DNA of 64,000 nucleotides from Somniosus microcephalus (Eukaryota): NCBI GenBank assembly GCA_052327205.1, contig CM126211.1, positions 234,918,001-234,982,000 on the forward strand. Direction: 5' to 3'. Shown piece after piece: positions 13,056 to 24,276 of this stretch. Under the pieces are notes generated by a model, which saw only the letters and a program-made list of their open reading frames with translations, did no database searches and was not told the DNA's origin. The translations under genes and the position numbers were made by a program. Position 1 is the stretch's first letter. Each line of letters begins with the position of its first letter.

Positions 13056-13518
13056 TGTGAGACAGGATGGGGGGAGAGAAGGGTTTTGAGCACAGTTTTG
13101 AGAATGCTCAAAGCCCATGTTTTGTAACTTTCGTTTTGCCTTATCGCATCCCTCAAAGTGCCTCACAAACATTGATTACTTTGAAGTGCGGAGACCGTCA
13201 TGTAGTGAAACGTTTCAGCAATTTTGCAAGGCTCCATAAATAGCAGTGAGTAGCCAGTTAATCCGTTGATGATTTGAGGAAGGAATGTTGGCCGAGAGAA
13301 CTCCCTGAGCCACCAGAACAAACAGATAGGACCTTGATTTAAAGTCTTGAATGAATGTAGGCACCTCTGACAATGTTGCACCCCTACAATGGGGTAGCAG
13401 CCAGATTAGTGCAGGAATGGAAGCTCGCCTCCCAGAACTTGATTCCCATTGTAGAGAGGGGAGTGGGCTTCCCCGGTGCTTTGTCCTGATTTGGGAATAG
13501 AAGCTTCACTCCCAAGTG

Positions 13519-14540
13519 TGTCAACTGTGGTTCAGTGGGCAGCACTCTCGCCCCTGAGTCAGTAGGTCGTGGGTTCAAGTCCCACTCCAGAGACTTGAGC
13601 CCATAATCCAGGCTGATGCTCCCAGTGCAGTACTGTAGGGGCGGTACTGAGGGAGCGCCGCACTGTCGGAGGGGCAGTACTGAGGGAGCGCCGCACTGTC
13701 GGAGGGGCTGTACTGAGGGAGCGCCGCACTGTCGGAGGGGCTGTACTGAGGGAGCGCCGCACTGTCGGAGGGGCAGTACTGAGGGAGCGCCGCACTGTCG
13801 GAGGGGCAGTACTGAGGGAGCGCCGCACTGTCGGAGGGGCAGTACTGAGGGAGCGCCGCACTGTCGGAGGGGCTGTACTGAGGGAGCGCCGCACTGTCGG
13901 AGGGGCTGTACTGAGGGAGCGCCGCACTGTCGGAGGGGCAGTACTGAGGGAGCGCCGCACTGTCGGAGGGGCAGTACTGAGGGAGCGCCGCACTGTCGGA
14001 GGGGCAGTACTGAGGGAGCGCCGCACTGTTGGAGGGGCAGTACTGAGGGAGCGCTGCACTGTCGGAGGGGCAGTACTGAGGGAGCGCTGCACTGTCGGAG
14101 GGGCAGTACTGAGGGAGCGCCGCACTGTCGGAGGGGCAGTACTGAGGGAGCGCTGCACTGTCGGAGGGGCAGTACTGAGGGAGCGCCGCACTGTCGGAGG
14201 GGCAGTACTGAGGGAGCGCCGCACTGTCGGAGGGGCAGTACTGAGGGAGCGCCGCACTGTCGGAGGGGCAGTACTGAGGGAGCGCCGCACTGTCGGAGGG
14301 GCAGTACTGAGGGAGCGCCGCACTGTCGGAGGGGCAGTACTGAGGGAGCGCCGCACTGTCGGGCAGTGCTGAGGGAGTGCTGCACTGTCAGAGGTGCCAT
14401 CTTCCGGATGAGATGTTAAACCGAGGCCTCGTCTGCCCCCTCGGGTAGATGCAAAAGATCCCATGGCTTTATTCTGGTGAAGAGCAAGGGGAGTTTTGGG
14501 GCCAATATTTATCCCTCAAACAACATCACTAAAAACAGAA
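13519..14540 (+). mobile_element. DeuSINE with 33-bp array (about 23 units, 13624-14392)
   Basis: TGGTTCAGTGG A-box, GGTTCAAGTCC B-box, array, then Deu domain GGTGCCATCTTCCGGATGAGATGTTAAACCGAGG. Confidence 0.88.
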
Positions 14541-15394
14541 GGAGACCATTCGGCCCATTGTGTCCATTCTGACTCTTTTTAACAGCTTCCAATTAGTCCC
14601 CCACCCCCTGCTCTTTCCCCACAGCCCTGCACATTTCTCCTTTTCAAATAGTTATTCAATTCCCTTTTGAAAGTTACTATTGAATCTATTTCCACCGCCC
14701 TTTCAGGCGGCGCGTTCCAGATTAGAAATTGAAACTATTTGGTAATTATTTTTGTAACACATGCCGTAATGCTGGTATTGATTATTGGATTGATGGTTTA
14801 GTGTATCATTGATCTGTGGGCTGCAGGTCCATGAGCAGAGACAGTGAGCAGGGGTTGCCTGGCAATTGTGCGCACCTTAACTGGGTGAGAATGTGGATCT
14901 CGCTCCCACAGGGAGTGGTCGAGGCGAATAGCAGAGATACATTTAAAGGGAAGCGGGATAAACACATGAGGGTGAACGGAATAGAAGGTTATGCTGGTGG
15001 GGTGAGATGAAGAGGGGTGGGAGGAGGCTCTGTAAAATTCGATGTCAGGCAGTGAGAGCCTCCTCTGCATTGGCTCTGCTCGTAGATGTCAATCAATGGA
15101 GTAATCTAACTTAGTAACTGATCCCAACTGTGCTCCTCAGCTGGTGAGTCACTGAGATTAAAGGCCAACCTGAGGAGTTCAAGCTGGCTTGTGCACACAG
15201 CCTGAGTTCAGCTGTCAGCTCAGCAGCAATCACAGGATCCTTTCTCCCAAGTCTGCAGAAAGCACCTAGGTCCCAGTTACACCACCCTGCCCGAGTTCCA
15301 GTAAGTCTCCCGCAGCTGTACCCTTCCCCATGCACTCTCCCCGTCGGCAGTCTCCTGATACGTGTTGTTCACACACCTTCCCCGCTCTGTTCTT

Positions 15395-16700
15395 CACTCT
15401 GCTGCCCGTGTCCTAACTCGCACCAAGTCCCGTTCGCCCATCACCCCTACATTGGCTCCCAGTCCGGCAACGCCTCAATTTCAAGGCCCTCCATGGCCTC
15501 ACCCCCTCCCTATATGGAACGGTGGCATAGTGGCTATGTTACTGGACTAGTAATCATAACATAACATAAGAAGTAGGAGCAGGAGTAGGCCATACGGCTC
15601 CTCGGGCCTGCTCCGCCATTCAATAGGATCATGGCTGATCTGAATCTAGACTCACGTCCACTTCCCTGCCCTCTCCCCGTAACCCCTAATTCCCTTATCT
15701 GCTAGGAAACTGTCTATCTCGGTTTTAAATTTATTTAATGTTGCAGCTTCCACAGCTCTCTGGGGTAGCAAATTCCATAGATTTACTACCCTCTGAGTGA
15801 AGAAGTTTCTCCTCATCTCAGTTTTGAAAGGGCAGCCCCTTATTCTTAGATTATGCCCCCTAGTTCTAGTCTCACCCATCAGTGGAAACATCCTCCCCGC
15901 ATCCACCCGATCAAGCCCCCTCACAATCTTACATGTTTCGATAAGATCGCCTCTCATTCTTCTGAACTCCAATGAGTAAAGTCCCAACCTACTCAACCTT
16001 TCCTCATACGTCAACCCCCTCATCTCCGGAATCAACCGAGTGAACCTTCTCTGAACCGCCTCGAGAGCAAGTATATCTTTTCTTAAATATGGAAACCAAA
16101 ACTGCACGCAGTATTCCTGGACTAATGATCCAGAGACGCGAGTTCAAATCCCACCACGGCAGCTGGGGAATTTAAATTCAGTTAATTAAATAAATCCGGA
16201 ATAAAAAGCTGGTAATGGTGACCATGGAAATTGTCGTAAAAACCCATCTGGTTCACTAATGTCCTTATGGGAAGGAAATCTGCCGCCCTTACCCGGTCTG
16301 GCCTACGTGTGACTCCAGACCCACAGCAATGTGTTTGACTCTTACCTGCTCCCCGAAATGGCCCAGCGAGTCACTCAGTTGTACTAAACCGCTACGACAG
16401 TCACTGTGGGAGCACCACACGGACTGCAGCGGTTCAAGAAGGTAGCTCGCCACCACCTTCTCGAGGATAATTAGGGATGGGTAATAAATGCCGGCTTCGC
16501 CAACGACGCTCACATCCCGTGAATGAATAAACATCTCTGTAACCTCCTCCAGCCCTGCAGCACTCCGAGATCTCTGCGCTCCAATTTAGGCCTCGTCAGC
16601 ATCCCCGATTTTCATCGTCCACCATTGGTGGCCGTGCCTTCGGCTGTCTGGGCCTTCAGCTCTGGAATTCCCTCCCTAAACCTCTCCGCCTCTACCTCTT
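15395..16700 (+). mobile_element. L2 3' fragment (15395-15511 and 16533-16700) interrupted by a tRNA-derived SINE (15521-16531)
   Basis: SAARVLTRTKSRSPITP; L2 resumes at ATCTCTGTAACCTCCTCCAG; SINE has GGTGGCATAGTGG and GAGTTCAAATCCC boxes and a tail ending CACATCCCGTGAATGAATAAA. Confidence 0.78.
15556..16117 (-). mobile_element. CR1 3' fragment inserted in the SINE head (same subfamily as 47442-50172)
   Basis: QFWFPYLRKDILALEAVQRRFTRLIPEMRGLTYEER; host CTGGACTA.T.ATC repeated on both sides. Confidence 0.88.
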
Positions 16701-16707
16701 AGGGCTT

Positions 16708-16890
16708 TGGTGGAGCGATTATAATCAGGGATGCTCAAGAGGCCAGAGTGTGAGGAGCGTAGAGATCACGGAGGGCTGTGGGGTTGGAGGAGGTTACAGA
16801 GATAGGGAGGGGTGAAGCCATGGAGGGATTTGAAAACAAGGATGAGAATTTTAAAATCGAGGCGTTGCAGGACCGGAAGCCAGTGTAGCT
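16708..16890 (-). mobile_element. L2 fragment leading directly into the 55/56-bp array
   Basis: Reverse complement of the L2 sequence at about 51890-52080. Confidence 0.8.
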
Positions 16891-19629
16891 CAGTGAGCAC
16901 AGGGGGTGATGGGTGAACGGGACTGGGTGTGAGTTAGGACACGGGGCAGTGAGCACGGGGGTGAGGGGTGAACGGGACTGGGTGTGAGTTAGGACACGGG
17001 GCAGTGAGTACAGGGGGTGATGGGTGAACGGGACTGGGTGCGAGTTAGGACACGGGGCAGTGAGCACGGGGGGTGATGGGTGAACGGGACTGGGTGTGAG
17101 TTAGGACATGGGGCAGTGAGCACAGGGGGTGATGGGTGAATGGGACTGGGTGCGAGTTAGGAGACGGGGCAGTGAGCACGGGGGGTGATGGGTGAATGGG
17201 ATTGGGTGTGAGTTAGGACACGGGGCAGTGAGCACAGGGGGTGATGGGTGAACGGGACTGGGTGCGAGTTAGGACACGGGGCAGTGAGCACAGCGGGTGA
17301 TGGGTGAACGGGACTGGGTGTGAGTTAGGACACAGGGTGATGGGTGAACGGGACTGGGTGTGAGTTAGGACACGGGGCAGTGAGCACGGGGTGATGGGTG
17401 ACCGGGACTGAGTGCGAGTTAGGACACGGGGCAGTGAGCACGGGGTGATGGGTGAACGGGACTGGGTGCGAGTTAGGACACGGGGCAGTGAGCACGGGGT
17501 GATGGGTGAACGGGACTGGGTGTGAGTCAGGACACGGGGCAGTGAGCACGGGGTGATGGGTGAACGGGACTGGGTGTGAGTTAGGACACGGGGCAGTGAG
17601 CACGGGGCGATGGGTGAACGGGACTGGGTGTGAGTTAGGACACGGGGCAGTGAGCACGGGGTGATGGGTGAACGGGACTGGGTGTGAGTTAGGACACGGG
17701 ACAGTGAGCACAGGGGGTGATGGGTGAACGGGACTGGGTGTGAGTTAGGACACGGGGCAGTGAGCACGGGGTGATGGGTGAACGGGACTGAGTGTGAGTT
17801 AGGACACGGGGCAGTGAGCACGGGGTGATGGGTGAACGGGACTGGGTGTGAGTTAGGACACGGGGCAGTGAGCACAGGGGGTGATGGGTGAACGGGACTG
17901 GGTGTGAGTTAGGACACGGGGCAGTGAGCACGGGGTGATGGGTGAATGGGACTGGGTGTGAGTTAGGACACGGGGCAGTGAGCACAGGGGGTGATGGGTG
18001 AACGGGACTGGGTGTGAGTTAGGACATGGCAGTGAGCACAGGGGGTGATGGGTGAACGGGACTGGGTGAGAGTTAGGACACGGGGCAGTGAGCACAGGGG
18101 GTGATGGGTGAACGGGACTGGGTGTGAGTTAGGACACGGGGCAGTGAGCACAGGGGGTGATGGGTGAACGGGACTGGGTGTGAGTTAGGACACGGGACAG
18201 TGAGCACAGGGGGTGATGGGTGAACGGGACTGGGTGAGAGTTAGGACACGGGGCAGTGAGCACGGGGTGATGGGTGAATGGGACTGGGTCTGAGTTAGGA
18301 CACGGGGCAGTGAGCACAGGGGGTGATGGGTGAACGGGACTGGGTGTGAGTTAGGACACTGGGCAGTGAGCACAGGGGGTGATGGGTGAACGGGACTGGG
18401 TGTGAGTTAGGACACGGGGCAGTGAGCACAGCGGGTGATGGGTGAATGGGATTGGGTTGTGAGGACATGGGGCAGTGAGCACGGGGTGATGGGTGAACGG
18501 GACTGGGTCTGAGTTAGGACACGGGGCAGTGAGCACAGGGGGTGATGGGTGAACGGGACTGGGTGTGAGTTAGGACACTGGGCAGTGAGCACGGGGTGAT
18601 GGGTGAACGGGACTGGGTGTGAGTTAGGACACGGGGCAGTGAGCACAGGGGGTGATGGGTGAACGGGACTGGGTGTGAGTTAGGAGACGGGGCAGTGTGT
18701 ACAGGGGGTGATGGGTGAACGGGACTGGGTGTGAGTTAGGACACGGGGCAGTGAGCACAGGGGGTGATGGGTGAACGGGACTGGGTGTGAGTTAGGACAC
18801 GGGACAGTGAGCACAGGGGGTGATGGGTGAACGGGACTGGGTGAGAGTTAGGACACGGGGCAGTGAGCACGGGGTGATGGGTGAACGGGACTGGGTCTGA
18901 GTTAGGACACGGGGCAGTGAGCACAGGGGGTGATGGGTGAACGGGACTGAGTGTGAGTTAGGACACTGGGCAGTGAGCACAGGGGGTGATGGGTGAACGG
19001 GACTGGGTGTGAGTTAGGACACGGGGCAGTGAGCACAGCGGGTGATGGGTGAATGGGATTGGGTTGTGAGGACATGGGGCAGTGAGCACGGGGTGATGGG
19101 TGAACGGGACTGGGTCTGAGTTAGGACACGGGGCAGTGAGCACAGGGGGTGATGGGTGAACGGGACTGGGTGTGAGTTAGGACACTGGGCAGTGAGCACG
19201 GGGTGATGGGTGAACGGGACTGGGTGTGAGTTAGGAGACGGGGCAGTGAGTACAGGGGGTGATGGGTGAACGGGACTGGGTGTGAGTTAGGACACGGGGC
19301 AGTGAGCACTGGGTGATGGGTGAACGGGACTGGGTGTGAGTTAGGACACGGGGCAGTGAGCACGGGGTGATGGGTGAACGGGACTGGGTGTGAGTTAGGA
19401 CACGGGGCAGTGAGCGCAGGGGGTGATGGGTGAACGGGACTGGGTGTGAGTTAGGACACGGGGCAGTGAGCACGGGGTGATGGGTGAACGGGACTGGGTG
19501 TGAGTTAGGACACGGGGCAGTGAGCACAGGGGGTGATGGGTGAACGGGACTGGGTGTGATTAAGGACACGGGGCAGTGAGCACAGGGGGTGATGGGTGAA
19601 CGGGACTGGGTGTGAGTTAGGACACGGGG
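16890..19629. repeat. 55/56-bp minisatellite, about 49 copies, derived from L2 ORF2
   Basis: Unit GGGGCAGTGAGCAC(AG)GGGGTGATGGGTGAACGGGACTGGGTGTGAGTTAGGACAC matches the reverse complement of 51836-51895. Confidence 0.95.
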
Positions 19630-19929
19630 TCGAGAGGTAACAATGTTATGGATGTTACAAAACTACTGGGAATAGAAAAGGCCACACGCAGTGTTTTGCA
19701 GCCGGAGAGAGCCTGGTTATTTCCTGAAGTAAGATTGTGAATAGCAAATAATCCCTGACTCCTCTTCTCGGGCTCTGCTGGCAAGAGGCTGGAATGCAGT
19801 TACTGTGGGAACCCAGTCAACAGAAGATGCAGCGCCGAGTCCTGCAGCAGTCAGACAGACTGCTCCTCTGCCGAGCATTCCCCCAACTGACCCAGGGCCA
19901 GAGAGCCTGACGTGCCAGCTCCAGCTCAC

Positions 19930-20150
19930 CTGTACAGAGAAAAGCACTGCAGTCTCCCAAAAACGGTTGCTCTTTTATAAAGCGTTACTCTTTGCCCTCA
20001 CCCCCTCCTTCCTCAATGCCTGGGTTTGGTTTATCTCTTCCCCTCTCACTCCTTTATCAAAACCAGTTCCTACTCCAGGACTCCACTGATACAGCTGTGT
20101 AACTCAGCACTCCCAGCGCACTCGGAGGGCCCCCCCACTTCATTGGCCCC
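19930..20150 (-). promoter_or_regulatory. Candidate antisense TATA/Inr promoter with a 19-nt first exon
   Basis: - strand TATAAAAG (19979-19972), TGCAGT Inr with A at 19948, CAG|GTGAGC donor after 19930; upstream CACCC, two WGATAA, CAGCTG and GGCCAATGA. Motif evidence only. Confidence 0.35.
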
Positions 20151-20267
20151 ATTTCTGTTACTCTTTCCGAGTGCCTTATTCTGCAGCTTCTATTAAAATT
20201 GCTTCTTCCTGAGCTGCATGATCTGTTGCCTGAATTTCAGCAGAGCAATGATGAGATGAGAATTTCA

Positions 20268-23134
20268 TGTATAACACTGGGGTACAGTACTGGTGGGTAC
20301 AGGCCTGTCGCTGTATAACACTGGGGTACAGTACTGGTGGGTACAGGTCTGTTGCTGTATAACACTGGGGTACAGTACTGGTGGGTACAGGTCTGTCGCT
20401 GTATAACACTGGGGTACAGTACTGGTGGGTACAGGTCTGTCACTGTATAACACTGGGGTACAGTACTGGTGGGCACAGGTCTGTCACTGTATAACACTGG
20501 GGTACAGTACTGGTGGGTACAGGTCTGTCGCTGTATAACACGGGTACAGTACTGGTGGGTACAGGTCTGTCACTGTATAACACGGGTACAGTGGTGGGTA
20601 CAGGTCTGTCACTATAACACTGGGGTACGGTACTGGTGGGTACAGGTCTGTCACTATAACACTGGGGTACAGTACTGGTGGGTACAGGTCTGTCACTGTA
20701 TAACACTCGGGTACAGTACTGGTGGGTACAGGTCTGTCACTGTATAACACTGGGGTACAGTACTGGTGGGTACAGGTCTGTCACTGTATAACACGGGTAC
20801 AGTACTGGTGGGTACAGGTCTGTCACTGTATAACACTGGGGTACAGTACTGGTGGGTACAGGCCTGTCGCTGTATAACACTGGGGTACAGTACTGGTGGG
20901 TACAGGCCTGTCACTATAACACTGGGGTACAGTACTGGTGGGTACAGGTCTGTCACTGTATAACACGGGTACAGTACTGGTGGGTACAGGTCTGTCACTG
21001 TATAACACGGGTACAGTACTGGTGGGTACAGGCCTGTCACTGTATAACACTGGGGTACAGTACTGGTGGGTACAGGCCTGTCACTATAACACTGGGGTAC
21101 AGTACTGGTGGGTACAGGTCTGTCACTGTATAACACGGGTACAGTACTGGTGGGTACAGGTCTGTCACTGTATAACACTGGGGTACAGTACTGGTGGGTA
21201 CAGGTCTGTGATTGTGTAACACTGGGGTACAGTACTGGTGGGTACAGGCCTGTCACTATAACACTGGGGTACAGTACTGGTGGGTACAGGCCTGTCACTA
21301 TAACACTGGGGTACAGTACTGGTGGGTACAGGTCTGTCACTGTATAACACGGGTACAGTACTGGTGGGTACAGGTCTGTCACTGTATAACACGGGTACAG
21401 TACTGGTGGGTACAGGTCTGTCACTATAACACTGGGGTACAATACTGGTGGGTACAGGTCTGTCACTGTATAACATTGGGGTACAGTACTGGTGGGTACA
21501 GGTCTGTGATTGTGTAACACTGGGGTACAGTACTGGTGGGTACAGGTCTGTCACTGTATAACACTGGGGTACAGTACTGGTGGGTACAGGTCTGTCACTG
21601 TATAACACTGGGGTACAGTACTGGTGGGTACAGGTCTGTCACTGTATAACACTGGGGTACAGTGCTGGTAGGTACAGGTCTGTCACTGTATAACACGGGT
21701 ACAGTACTGGTGGGTACAGGTCTGTCACTGTATAACACTGGGGTACAGTGCTGGTAGGTACAGGTCTGTCACTGTATAACACTGGGGTACAGTACTGGTG
21801 GGTACAGGTCTGTCACTGTATAACACTGGGGTACAGTGCTGGTAGGTACAGGTTTGTCACTGTATAACACGGGTACAGTGGTGGGTACAGGTCTGTCACT
21901 AACACTGGGGTACAGTACTGGTGGGTACAGGTCTGTCGCTGTATAACACGGGTGCAGTACTGGTGGGTACAGGTCTGTCATTATAACGGGTACAGTGGTG
22001 GGTACAGGTCTGTCACTGTATAACACGGGTACAGTACTGGTGGGTACAGGTCTGTCACTATAACACGGGTACAGTGGTGGGTACAGGTCTGTCGCTGTAT
22101 AACACTGGGTACAGTGGTGGGTACAGGTCTGTCACTGTATAACACTGGGGTACAGTACTGGTGGGTACAGGTCTGTCACTATAACACGGGTACAGTACTG
22201 GTAGGTACAGGTCTGTCACTGTATAACGGGTACAATGGTGGGTACAGGTCTGTCACTGTATAACACGGATACAGTACTGGTGGGTACAGGTCTGTCACTA
22301 ACACTGGGGTACAGTGGTGGGTACAGGTCTGTCACTAACACTGGGGTACAGTGGTGGGTACAGGTCTGTCACTATAACACGGGTACAGTACTGGTGGGTA
22401 CAGGTCTGTCACTAACACTGGGGTACAGTGGTGGGTACAGGTCTGTCACTAACACTGGGGTACAGTGGTGGGTACAGGTCTGTCACTGTATAACACGGGT
22501 ACAGTACTGGTGGGTACAGGTCTGTCACTGTATAACACGGGTACAGTGGTGGGTACAGGTCTGTCACTGTATAACACTGGGGTACAGTGGTGGGTACAGG
22601 TCTGTCACTGTATAACACGGGTACAGTACTGGTGGGTACAGGTCTGTCACTAACACTGGGGTACAGTGGTGGGTACAGGTCTGTCACTGTATAACACGGG
22701 TACAGTACTGGTGGGTACAGGTCTGTCACTGTATAACACGGGTACAGTGGTGGGTACAGGTCTGTTATTGTATAACACGGGTACAGTGGTGGGTACAGGT
22801 CTGTCACTGTGTAACACTGGGGTACAGTAGTGGGTACAGGTCTGTCACTGTATAACACTGGGGTACAGTGGTGGGTACAGGTCTGTCACTATAACACTGG
22901 GGTACAGTGGTGGGTACAGGTCTGTCACTATAACACTGGGGTACAGTGGTGGGTACAGGTCTGTCACTATAACACTGGGGTACAGTGGTGGGTACAGGTC
23001 TGTCACTGTATAACACGGGTACAGTGGTGGGTACAGGTCTGTCACTGTATAACACGGGTACAGTGGTGGGTACAGGTCTGTCACTGTATAACACGGGTAC
23101 AGTGGTGGGTACAGGTCTGTCGCTGTATAACACT
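20268..23134. repeat. 39-44-bp minisatellite, about 65-70 copies
   Basis: Unit GTATAACACTGGGGTACAGTACTGGTGGGTACAGGTCTGTCACT with deletion variants. Confidence 0.96.
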
Positions 23135-24276
23135 TGGCAGGTTAGGAAAGATCTGTGGTGACAGTGAAGTCAGTCAATTGCCAGTTCAGATCGTCTGGGT
23201 GCAAGTCTGTCAACGGCGAAGGGAAATGGTGAGAATGTTTTGAGGGAATTTTTGCAATGATACGTGACGCAAAATGGAACATTAGAACTTGCTGGCTCAA
23301 GGGAGGTTTTTCCTGTATCTTACTGGTTCCAATAACCCTGGTAACAATGCAGTTTATAAATGTGTAGGAGTATTGTGTTCCTGTAGGAAATCCAAGTCAT
23401 TCTGCCCCAGTTTGCAGTGAGTTTTGACCCTGAGCAGTGACTTTAATGTATAGCACAGGTGGCCAGACAGAAACAGCACAAATCCAGCTCATCGAATATT
23501 CCGTCGTGCTGCCCTGTGTTGTGATGGGTTCCTGGTCACATCCTGTCTTTCCCCCCTCTCTCTTTGATTGACGGGACTGTAATTATTGGCTCTCCTGAGC
23601 TTGCTCCCCTCATCCCTCTTTCACGGACGCCTCCATCAGAGAAAGCACCACTTCCTCTGGTGTCGGGAAGATGGGAGAGATGTCCTTACACAGGGTTGTC
23701 GGAGTGCTTCATCAGTTGAAGCACAGACCACTGCATCTTTTAAGGGGACAATTGAACCATGGGGGCGAGTGGGATTAGTGTTTGATTGCTCTGGCACAGA
23801 GCCAAAGGGCTGTCGGCCTCCTCCTGTGCTGTAAGCATCTGTGGTTCCTCTGAAGCGGCCAAAGTCCTGTCCCACACCCTCCTCCGTGCTCCATCCTCAC
23901 TGACTAACCCAAGGCATCTTTTCTAACTCGGTGTTTCCCTCGAGCTCCAGCCCTTGGAACTCTTTCAGGGATCCCTTCTTCCCCCGGACCATCACCCAAT
24001 CACTCATTCACCGCGGCCTCTCCCCTGCTCCCCTGGCCCTTCACTTCGCTTACTTCATTTTAAAAAAAAAGTTGCTATGATTCCTAAGAATTGTCTTCGT
24101 GTTTGGTGTTTCCACCTCGACTCCCAGGAAAGACTCGCATCTGTTCCTGTCTATGGGGCTAGTTTTGAGCACCTTTTGACTCGGGTTTCAGATACATCCG
24201 CCCTGCCGTAGGGCCTTTCCAACAAATGCCATCCAGTGCTTTTGTGGCCTTGATGAATAATGAGTGGGATTCCTGG

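Noticed and set aside
19805-20089. 94-aa + strand ORF in the unique island as a possible extra STIM1 exon
   Set aside because: No recognisable homology; exons 2 and 3 already join in frame and collinear with known STIM1
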